Below, in pieces: positions 56,665-64,000 of a stretch of DNA of 64,000 nt. The notes beneath the pieces are model-generated. The model had not been told where the DNA came from and ran no database searches. It worked only from the letters and a program-made list of their open reading frames with translations. Source of the DNA: Bacteriovoracaceae bacterium (lineage in GTDB: Bacteria; Bdellovibrionota; Bacteriovoracia; Bacteriovoracales; Bacteriovoracaceae). The number at the start of each line of letters is the position of its first letter. Position 1 is the stretch's first letter. The DNA lies in the NCBI GenBank assembly GCA_048267265.1, contig JBLWXW010000020.1, positions 1,613 to 65,612 on the forward strand, read 5' to 3'. The position numbers and the translations under genes are program-made.

Positions 56665-57399
56665 ATGAATATGAAAAATACTAGCTTAAAACTCTTTCTT
56701 ATTTTCCTAATCGCAACTGCCATCAGTAGTTGTGGAAAAGATAGCTCATCATCCTCAAATACAACGAGCGATACAAGCACTTCTCCAAGTACCGGTGATG
56801 GTTCAGGCACACCTACAACACCAAGTTGTTCATTTGGAACTGGGAATGAAGCAGGTATCTCTACCCATGGTCAGTCAACAGACTACTACACTCTTCCCTA
56901 CCATGACGTAATCATGCATGGTGCTCCAGCAGGTGTTGTAACTTTCAATTCTCAACTTCACCTTTCTGGGTATAACGAAAATATTTTTAAAACAGACTCT
57001 CGCTTTAACCTAAGAGTTGTACCTCATATGATTGGAAAAGGAACAGACAGTAAAGGTAATACTTGTACTAAGCAAATTGGCGCAAGAGAGTTTACCAAGA
57101 TTAATGTTGGAATTGTTGTAAGAGCGGCTAGTGGAACATCAGGAGTAGGCTCTTATCACTTCTTCGAAGATATTCCTGTAGGCTGTGCTTCAGAAGTTTT
57201 TGAATTTTCTGTACCCGCAACTTCTGATCCTCTTGTCATAGAAGTCCTAAACACAACAAATGATCAAGACTGTCTAGAAGATCAATCACGCGGAATTACC
57301 AGTGGAAGAAATTGTCCTTATACGCAAGTAGGAGCTGATGAGTGTTATGCGCTTGATATTCAGTTCTCTACTGATACGACTAAGGATATTCCGCATTGA
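56665..57399 (+). CDS. lipoprotein of unknown function
   Basis: Lipobox AISSC followed by a Ser/Thr-rich linker. 244 aa. Confidence 0.6.
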   Translation: MNMKNTSLKLFLIFLIATAISSCGKDSSSSSNTTSDTSTSPSTGDGSGTPTTPSCSFGTGNEAGISTHGQSTDYYTLPYHDVIMHGAPAGVVTFNSQLHLSGYNENIFKTDSRFNLRVVPHMIGKGTDSKGNTCTKQIGAREFTKINVGIVVRAASGTSGVGSYHFFEDIPVGCASEVFEFSVPATSDPLVIEVLNTTNDQDCLEDQSRGITSGRNCPYTQVGADECYALDIQFSTDTTKDIPH

Positions 57400-57440
57400 T
57401 TTGGTTAATGGTTAGTCGTGGTAGTGACGGTGGCGGTGAC

Positions 57441-57490
57441 GGTAACTGTTACCGGTAACAATTGACTTCTAACAACTGACAACAATTGTT
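57441..57490. promoter_or_regulatory. cluster of overlapping perfect palindromes (candidate operator)
   Basis: GGTAAC-T-GTTACC (57441-57453) overlaps GTTACCGGTAAC (57448-57459). CAATTG lies at 57460-57465 and AACAATTGTT at 57481-57490, with AACAATTG repeated 24 nt apart. The cluster ends 12 nt before the ATG at 57502. Confidence 0.4.
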
Positions 57491-57501
57491 ATAATAGGCA
57501 G

Positions 57502-58206
57502 ATGAAAAAAATCAATCTGCTCATTTTTGGCGCTTTAATCATAAGTCCAACTTTTGGTAAATCCTATAGAGGAGACCTCTCAACAAACTCCCTAATGGTT
57601 CATTACCAAAACCAACAGAGTATTATTAATCATCAAGAAGCCTCCACAGATACTGGCTTCACTTCTCTTGGTGAAGAATCTAAAATACCTGTTCATGGGG
57701 TACAGCTTGAAGCTTCTCATGAATTCTTTGCCTCCTATCTCTTTTCTGTGACACTCTCTGCCCGCTATGGAAAGAACTCGGGCTCAATTAATAAAACCAA
57801 TGATACAACTGGCCTTACCTATGAAGAGAAAGCTTCAGGACAAATGTATGGAGCAGGAGGAAGTATCAATCTCAACTTCTCTGCCTTTGAATTGAAAGTT
57901 CAACCCTTCGTAGCGATGTATGCATTCACTCATAAGAATGAATATGAATTGAGTTACTCACCAATCAGTGACACTTCAACGACTACCGATATAAACTATG
58001 AGACGGAACATCAGATTCAACAAATATCCGCAGGAGCACGCTTCATTGATTACTATAGAAGTCTCCTTTCCTATTTCTCGGTAGACTATATTTCTTCAGA
58101 GGCACCAACCCTATCGAGTTCAAGTAACCTGAGTAACCTTACGAATCTCGCCACTCCAGAGCACGGAGAATTTGCTTTCACAATAGGTTTTGGAGCTCTT
58201 TTCTAA
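57502..58206 (+). CDS. small outer-membrane beta-barrel protein (putative)
   Basis: Signal peptide MKKINLLIFGALIISPTFG. Alternating strands. C-terminal GFGALF with terminal Phe. Confidence 0.6.
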   Translation: MKKINLLIFGALIISPTFGKSYRGDLSTNSLMVHYQNQQSIINHQEASTDTGFTSLGEESKIPVHGVQLEASHEFFASYLFSVTLSARYGKNSGSINKTNDTTGLTYEEKASGQMYGAGGSINLNFSAFELKVQPFVAMYAFTHKNEYELSYSPISDTSTTTDINYETEHQIQQISAGARFIDYYRSLLSYFSVDYISSEAPTLSSSSNLSNLTNLATPEHGEFAFTIGFGALF

Positions 58207-58310
58207 GTTAACTATCTAAAAACAGGGTTTATCGACTAAAAAACTCAACTTTCTTCCCCCTCTTTCCGATTAGACATAGAGATTCAGTCTAATTCATGAA
58301 AGGTGGATAA

Positions 58311-59837
58311 ATGAAAGCTTATAAATTACCGGTGATCGCTTGTGTTATTCTATCCTCACAGATAAATGCCAAGACCTTTAACGTAACAAACCCAACAACT
58401 AATCAAACGATTAGTGTTAACTGTTTCTTTCCCAATACGATTCAATGTCACAATAAAATTGAAGAGGCCAAGACTCGAGTTATGAGTGGAAGTAATCCTA
58501 CGGCCTCAACACTCTCAGGGGCCAGGCTACAAGATAATACCGAAGCTGTTAGAGATAGCGCCCAACGAGGAGCAGAAGCTGCCAAAGAGGGAATCGTGAA
58601 ATCTTCACGCTTCGTCGTAGGAAAAGCTCAAGATGGTTCTAACTATGTTGTAGGTAAAGCTAAAGATGGGACAAGTTTTGTCGTTGGTAAAGCAAGAGAT
58701 GGCTACGAATATACCCTAGGTAAATCTAAAGATGGAACTGAATATGTAGTTGGAAAAGCAAAAGATGGAACTCAATATGTTGTAGGAAAGGCCCAAGATG
58801 CCTATCAAGCAACAAAAGAGGGTGTCCACAATGGAATCGATTTCATAGACAATAGTATCCAAAGAGGTTGGCAAGCGACTAAAACAGGTGTCCAAAGAAG
58901 TGCAAACTTTGTTGGGGCCAAGGCGCAAGAAGGCTATCAAGCGACTAGGGATGCGGCCCAAAGATCTTCACAATTTGTTATTAGAAAATCTAAAGATGGA
59001 ATTGAGTACCTTGTTCAAAAAGGTGCCGATGGAAAAGATAAAGTTGTAGGTGCCGCAAAGAGTGGATACCAATTTATTATTCAAAAAGGTGAAGATGGAA
59101 AGGACTATGTTGTCGGTAAAGCACAAGATGGAAGCTCTTATATTGTAGGAAAATTACAAGATGGATACCAGGCCACAAAGACGGGTGTCCAAAGTGCAGC
59201 TAGCTTTACTGGAGAAAAGATTCAGCAAGGCTATCAAGCAACTAGAGATGCAGCTGTTGGCTCAGTCCAATTCATTATCCGAAAGTCTAAAGATGGTGGA
59301 AATCTACTGATCAGAAAGACTAAAGATGGAGCTGAGCAGGTTATTGGTACAGCAAAAGATGGGTATCAATTTGTTATCCAAAAGGCATCTGATGGAAGTC
59401 ATACTGTTATTGGTAAGGCCCAAGATGGAAAGCAGTATATAGTAGGAAAATTCCAAGATAGCTACCACACGGTTGGCAGCGCAACGGCAAACTTCTTTAC
59501 AGGGCAAAATCATAACTATTGCTCTAACAAACTTCAAAAGCACGCGAAGGATTTTGACAATCACTACGAACAAAGTGGGCAGCAACACCTTGTAAGCTAC
59601 AAAGAGAAGATGAAGTACATTAAGAAAAAACTCACTGAAGAAGGAAAATTTGAATCTTGTGAGCTCCATTTTGATAACGCTCTACTTGGTCATCAATTAA
59701 AATTTGTATCTGCTGGAAAAGTTGAGCGTGAAAAGACTAATATCTTTGACGGACTAGGAAGACTACCGGACGGAGATGCGGGTTATTGGAAACAAGAAGA
59801 AAGAGATCCTAACTACACTCCAGTCATTAGTCAGTAA
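58311..59837 (+). CDS. secreted protein made of 26 tandem 11-residue repeats plus an unrelated C-terminal domain
   Basis: Signal peptide MKAYKLPVIACVILSSQINA. Residues 99-384 parse without any indel into 11-mers such as SNYVVGKAKDG, TEYVVGKAKDG, YQATKEGVHNG and WQATKTGVQRS. Confidence 0.7.
   Translation: MKAYKLPVIACVILSSQINAKTFNVTNPTTNQTISVNCFFPNTIQCHNKIEEAKTRVMSGSNPTASTLSGARLQDNTEAVRDSAQRGAEAAKEGIVKSSRFVVGKAQDGSNYVVGKAKDGTSFVVGKARDGYEYTLGKSKDGTEYVVGKAKDGTQYVVGKAQDAYQATKEGVHNGIDFIDNSIQRGWQATKTGVQRSANFVGAKAQEGYQATRDAAQRSSQFVIRKSKDGIEYLVQKGADGKDKVVGAAKSGYQFIIQKGEDGKDYVVGKAQDGSSYIVGKLQDGYQATKTGVQSAASFTGEKIQQGYQATRDAAVGSVQFIIRKSKDGGNLLIRKTKDGAEQVIGTAKDGYQFVIQKASDGSHTVIGKAQDGKQYIVGKFQDSYHTVGSATANFFTGQNHNYCSNKLQKHAKDFDNHYEQSGQQHLVSYKEKMKYIKKKLTEEGKFESCELHFDNALLGHQLKFVSAGKVEREKTNIFDGLGRLPDGDAGYWKQEERDPNYTPVISQ
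58605..59462 (+). repeat. 33-nt periodic coding repeat array (26 units) containing a 297-nt (99-aa) tandem duplication
   Basis: Hand parsing gives 26 consecutive 11-aa units. Residues 186-284 and 285-383 are clearly paralogous 9-unit super-repeats. Confidence 0.85.
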
Positions 59838-60810
59838 GGATCGTCTCAAGGCCATTCACAATGGGAATGGCCAAATTCTCACCCATGGCCGAAGAAACTT
59901 CCACAAGAAGTCCTGGGCAAGTGAGATTCGCCTCTTGTACCTTTTCTCCTAGAATATCAAAGGCCACCCAAGGCACACCAATTTTCATAAGTTCCTGACA
60001 GTAGCGTTCACACTCTTCTTTTACTTCTTTAGAGAGTTTAACCATCTCATAGGTTGCCCCTTGAGCAATATTAGCTAGAAACTGACCCTCTGGCGGAGTC
60101 TTTAAAATACTTCCAAGCTCCTTGCCCCCAAAGTAAATTGATCGGATTTCTCCCTTTTCAACTTCTTTAATAAAAGGCTGAACCACAACAGGACCTTTAA
60201 ATTCATCCTTTTTAGCATTGAAAACTTTGAGGATATCCTCTTCACTTGGTCCCTCTTCCACTTTTACGACACCAATTCCCTGAAAGAGGTCGATGGGCTT
60301 CATAATAAGGGCGGGATAATTTTCACTATCTCCCTTTAGGAAGTTTACAAAGGTATGCAGACCTTCTTCAGAGCTTCCCACATATGTCTCCACAGACTTC
60401 TCCGACTCATAACAAATCATCTTTTCATTATGAATAAGAATCCCTTCAGGATCGTTAACAACTTTTACCCCAAACTTTGTCTTTAGGGCCTTAAGCATCC
60501 ATAGATATCTAAGATATCGAGTATCAAAGGGCGGATCTATCCTCATATGAAGAACTGTTTCATTGTCCATCAAAATATATTTTTGATCCTCAAGCACAAA
60601 GTTATCGATATAGGGAGAATGCTCAAGAAAGGCACCTCTAAACTTGTGACACTCAAAAACTGGTGTTTCATGATTCACAAAGAAGAATTCCTTTTCAAAG
60701 AGTAGGTAAACTTCCTTTCCCATCTCCTTTAGAGTTAAGGCCAATTGTAAAGAGGAGTCTTTCTTAGGGACAAGTTTTTCTAGGGGATCAATAAAGAGGA
60801 TATGTTTCAT
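59827..60810 (-). CDS. gshB: glutathione synthetase (prokaryotic ATP-grasp type)
   Basis: N-terminus MKHILFIDPLEKLVPKKDSSLQLALTLKEMGKEVYLL parallels the E. coli GshB N-terminus (..DP...I..KKDSS..). Size is 327 aa. The C-terminal half is ATP-grasp-like. Confidence 0.72.
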   Translation of the reverse strand: MKHILFIDPLEKLVPKKDSSLQLALTLKEMGKEVYLLFEKEFFFVNHETPVFECHKFRGAFLEHSPYIDNFVLEDQKYILMDNETVLHMRIDPPFDTRYLRYLWMLKALKTKFGVKVVNDPEGILIHNEKMICYESEKSVETYVGSSEEGLHTFVNFLKGDSENYPALIMKPIDLFQGIGVVKVEEGPSEEDILKVFNAKKDEFKGPVVVQPFIKEVEKGEIRSIYFGGKELGSILKTPPEGQFLANIAQGATYEMVKLSKEVKEECERYCQELMKIGVPWVAFDILGEKVQEANLTCPGLLVEVSSAMGENLAIPIVNGLETILTD

Positions 60811-60848
60811 AGTCCCTCATTAGGAGGTAAAAGTTAAAAATTAAGAAC

Positions 60849-61916
60849 CTATTTTTTCAATTTATCGGGAAAAAGGCCATCTGAAAATGGCAACTCACTA
60901 TCGGAGTCTAAGTATTGATCATAAGACTTTTGAATAAAGTTAAAGAATTCCTTCAAGCTCTGCTCTTTTTCATTAAAAAGCGCTTCTAACTTCTTTTCCT
61001 TATTCTGATAAGTCATCAATGCGGCCAAAGAAGCATTATTCCATTCCCTATTGATGGGAAAACAATTTTCAAGTTTTTCAACTTCACAAATCTTTTTAAA
61101 ATCCTTTAAAAATTCATTGCTTAGATACTCATTGAGCAATTTTTCAGCCTCCTCCAGTCCCTTGGGAGCAGAGTTTTTATAGCGCTCATTTAGAGTATGA
61201 ATATGCTCCACCATTTTTCGCATGAGAAAGTCTTTAGACTTGTATTCATCAACCCTGGAGGCAATCTCATTAGAACTTAGATTAAAGTACTCATAGGTCA
61301 TTTTACGCGAAAAGAAGGTTGCTAGTGACTCATTAAGGTCAACTTCGTTCTTAATAAAGAAAATGGTATGAAAAAGTTCATGAAAAACTAACTCGGCCAA
61401 AGCGAAATCATCGTACTGAAAAAAGCTTGATAGAATATTGTCTTCAAAGTATCCCAGAGTCGAATAAGCATAAACCGGACGAACATAGGTAATCCAATTT
61501 TCCTCTCTTAAGTTTTGAGCGTATTTTTGGGCCTTCTCGCGATCAAAAAAACCAAGGTAGGGAAATTCACCCATAAATGGGAAAGAATGCTTTAAAGGCC
61601 GAATATGATCGTATGGTGATGCGATAACAAGATAAGTTACCGCTTCCTGATCCAAAAGTGTTGTTTCGGAGTAAATTCCAGTCGGCTCCTTACTCCAGTA
61701 GGTATAGAAATAAGACTTATATTTCTCCACTAAGCGGATTTTATATTTAACCTCTTCTGAGATGGCCGGATCATTGAGAATTTCAGAATTATCGCGACCA
61801 CTCCAAAGAAGTGACATCTGTCCCCTTCCCTGATCCCAGAGATAACTAACTTTGGCACATGAAAAAAGCTGAAGAATAAGTACTAATTTAAGAAAGTAAA
61901 AAATTTTTGAAGTCAC
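60849..61916 (-). CDS. predicted zinc aminopeptidase (DUF2265/COG4324-like)
   Basis: Lipoprotein-like N-terminus (LQLFSC). LVFHELFHTIFF (HExxH) followed by NESLATF. Confidence 0.6.
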   Translation of the reverse strand: MTSKIFYFLKLVLILQLFSCAKVSYLWDQGRGQMSLLWSGRDNSEILNDPAISEEVKYKIRLVEKYKSYFYTYWSKEPTGIYSETTLLDQEAVTYLVIASPYDHIRPLKHSFPFMGEFPYLGFFDREKAQKYAQNLREENWITYVRPVYAYSTLGYFEDNILSSFFQYDDFALAELVFHELFHTIFFIKNEVDLNESLATFFSRKMTYEYFNLSSNEIASRVDEYKSKDFLMRKMVEHIHTLNERYKNSAPKGLEEAEKLLNEYLSNEFLKDFKKICEVEKLENCFPINREWNNASLAALMTYQNKEKKLEALFNEKEQSLKEFFNFIQKSYDQYLDSDSELPFSDGLFPDKLKK

Positions 61917-61928
61917 AGAGCTCGCTCA

Positions 61929-62546
61929 CTAGAGATACCAAGAAAAACCGACTAGGTACTTCATATTATCTTGAGCGCGGCTAAATTCAAAGGCTTTAAA
62001 AATTGTCTTTACTGAACCACGGATAGAAAATGTTCGCGTAAGCATGATCTCTAAGTTGAAGCTACCAAAGACAGAGTCATAGCGAGATTTTGAACCTGCA
62101 TTGGTAATGGAGAATGTTGCACCTGTATCATTATTTAGAAAGTGCGCCGTCGTTGAGTCGCTAGTAAATTGTCTTGCATACCCCAAACTTATACTAGGTC
62201 TGAATCTCGCTTTTCGACTTGCAAAGGCCTGACGAATCCCAATACCGTAGCTATAGATTTGAATTGTATTAACTTGCTTGGTGAGATCATAGGTATCATC
62301 GATAGATAAAGTTGTATTCTCATCAGTTACAGTTTCAGCTTGGTTGTAATTTAACTCAATGGCCGTGTAGTCAAAGAGATAGAGAGCAACGGATGCACCA
62401 ACCGAAGTCGATTCAATCGAATTATTTCGTTGGCTTCCATAAACTTGTTGAGAAAGTCCGTACTCTCCACTAAGTTCAATAAGTGCATATGAAGAATGAG
62501 TTGTTAAGAACAACCCAAAAAGAAAAATAAGAAAGCTTTTTAACAT
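61929..62546 (-). CDS. small outer-membrane beta-barrel protein (putative)
   Basis: The internal ATG at 62546 gives signal peptide MLKSFLIFLFGLFLTTHSSYA. Alternating strand pattern. C-terminal GFSWYL. Confidence 0.58.
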   Translation of the reverse strand: MLKSFLIFLFGLFLTTHSSYALIELSGEYGLSQQVYGSQRNNSIESTSVGASVALYLFDYTAIELNYNQAETVTDENTTLSIDDTYDLTKQVNTIQIYSYGIGIRQAFASRKARFRPSISLGYARQFTSDSTTAHFLNNDTGATFSITNAGSKSRYDSVFGSFNLEIMLTRTFSIRGSVKTIFKAFEFSRAQDNMKYLVGFSWYL

Positions 62547-62671
62547 ACAAACCTCTGAACTTAAGTCTATCAGGGTTAGTTGGGCTCTCTCTATCATCGG
62601 ATGATTTTTCCCCTCGATGTTTTTCAAGGGGAAAGCACTTCTGTAAATTCAATAACTTAGACAATAAGCAC

Positions 62672-64000
62672 CTAGTAGCGTGGCGCATCTGAAGGCATTC
62701 TTCGGCCCCAAACTTTCTTCAACTTACCTTGGCAAGAAAAGGCCGTAGCATCAGTGATTTCAACTTCAACCCAATGCCATTGAAGATCATGCTCTTGATG
62801 CTCTGGTAGAAAGTGAACAATACGCATACAGTTTGTTCTTCCCTTCCACTTCTTCATTCCACCCATAAAGCCATGACCGTCAACAAGAACAGTGAAGGTC
62901 TTGCCAACCAGATCTTTTCTAATATTCTCTTGGATCTTAGTTTGATGGGCCTGAATTTCTCTCAAGCGAGCACCACGAATATCATCTGTAAGAGAGTCTT
63001 CCCAACGAGATGCACGAGTCTTAGCTCTTTGAGAGTAAGCATATGAATAGATAAAGTCATATTGAGCGCGATCAAGGAGATCAAGAGTGGCCTGGTGCTC
63101 TTCGTCTGTCTCATTGACAAAACCAGCGATAATGTCTGTACTTAGAACAATATCAGGTCTCGCTTTTCTCAATTTTTCAATTAATCCCATGTAGTGATCA
63201 ACTGTGTACTCACGCAACATTCTTTGAAGAACGGTATTTGAACCCGATTGAACAGGAAGGTGCAGATGTCGAGAAAGCTTCTTTGATTCACCATGAACCT
63301 GAACAAGCTCATCAGTTACATCGTAAGGATGAGATGTTGTATAGCGAATAAGCTCTAATCCATTGATTTGATCAAGCTCAGTAATAAGACTTGCTAGAGA
63401 TTCGCCGTTATCTTTTCCATAGGAATTAACATTTTGTCCTAGTAGCGTAACCTCTTGGACACCTTGGTACTCAACAAGTTTACGAATATCTTCAACAACC
63501 TCTTTTTGGAGACGTGACTTCTCTTTTCCGCGAGTAAAGGGAACAATGCAGTAAGAACAACATTTGTTACATCCCTTGATGATATTTACGAAGGCCTGGG
63601 GAGATCCGTGAGTAATTTTCGTATCAATAGAAAAGTTCTGACTTCTGTCCCAAGTATTAATAGCAAAAGGGTCTTCTCCAGCATAACTGCGATAAACGAG
63701 TTCATTGATGGTATCAATAACATCAGTTCCAAAGGAGAAGTCTAGGTGACGGTACTTTTTGATAAGTTCCTTACCTTCTGTTTGTGCTACACATCCCCCT
63801 ACTCCAATCTTCACATCAGGGTTTTTCTTTTTAAGGTGCTTAGTATCTCCTAACTTTGAGTAAAACTTCTGATTTGAAAGGTCGCGAATGGCACAAGTAT
63901 TGAAAAGAACGAGATCAGCATCTTCCTGATTCTTCGTTTGTTCAAAGTTTAAGTTCTCAAGATGAGAAAGAACACGTTCCGAGTCATGATAATTCATCTG
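62672..64000 (-). CDS. miaB: tRNA methylthiotransferase MiaB (radical SAM), N-terminus truncated by the window edge
   Basis: (Q)MNYHDSE, ADLVLFNTCAIRD (UPF0004 domain), radical-SAM cluster GCNKCCSYCIVPFTRG, and a C-terminal TRAM-like domain. The reading frame is open to position 64000. Confidence 0.8.
   Translation of the reverse strand, partial: QMNYHDSERVLSHLENLNFEQTKNQEDADLVLFNTCAIRDLSNQKFYSKLGDTKHLKKKNPDVKIGVGGCVAQTEGKELIKKYRHLDFSFGTDVIDTINELVYRSYAGEDPFAINTWDRSQNFSIDTKITHGSPQAFVNIIKGCNKCCSYCIVPFTRGKEKSRLQKEVVEDIRKLVEYQGVQEVTLLGQNVNSYGKDNGESLASLITELDQINGLELIRYTTSHPYDVTDELVQVHGESKKLSRHLHLPVQSGSNTVLQRMLREYTVDHYMGLIEKLRKARPDIVLSTDIIAGFVNETDEEHQATLDLLDRAQYDFIYSYAYSQRAKTRASRWEDSLTDDIRGARLREIQAHQTKIQENIRKDLVGKTFTVLVDGHGFMGGMKKWKGRTNCMRIVHFLPEHQEHDLQWHWVEVEITDATAFSCQGKLKKVWGRRMPSDAPRY

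Noticed and set aside
57408-57458. 16-codon mini-ORF (MVSRGSDGGGDGNCYR) across the G/T-rich palindromic spacer
   Set aside because: It has no Shine-Dalgarno, and its Gly/Asp content simply reflects the GGT/GAC repeats. It is better explained as non-coding operator-like sequence.

Overview
This is an AT-rich bacterial chromosomal segment (high-30s % GC by eye, not computed). It is densely packed with about 60 protein genes and one tRNA-Val(UAC). I found no rRNA, CRISPR array, transposase, integrase or prophage signature.

Recognisable housekeeping content:
- tldD/pmbA, pgsA and mgtC
- an MFP-RND-OMF efflux operon
- lon, clpX and clpP
- a DedA protein, an NhaC antiporter and a Xi-class GST (YqjG-like)
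- a class I aminotransferase, coaD, rsmD and gshB
- a partial miaB at the right edge

Between these lie many Sec or lipoprotein signal-bearing ORFs of unknown function. They include five small beta-barrel OMP-like genes, a 1311-aa lipoprotein metzincin, a papain-like amidase candidate and a lipase-like protein. The gene content and composition suggest a Bdellovibrio-like predatory or deltaproteobacterial-type organism, but that is inference only.

Most interesting observations:
1. A secreted Cys/His amidase-like protein is translationally coupled to a small signal-peptide protein, a candidate effector and self-immunity pair (16827-18120).
2. A roughly 6 kb block of orphan genes contains a 984-aa protein. 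Its motif order mimics a gamma-class N6-adenine methyltransferase, but both catalytic motifs are degenerate. It is followed by a ChaN/Tiki-like protein and an atypical membrane HATPase protein (48101-54312).
3. A secreted protein is built from 26 uninterrupted 11-residue repeats with ATK(E/T)GV-type units (58605-59462).
4. A PIN-PhoH ATPase gene is tightly coupled to a PilZ gene (36554-38437).
5. A eukaryote-type single-chain AdoMetDC proenzyme sits at the left edge (48-1019).
6. A likely homopolymer frameshift splits a membrane methyltransferase-like gene that lies between lon and clpX.
7. Six convergent gene pairs overlap at their stop codons.

All functional calls rest on motifs read by eye. 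No database search was run.
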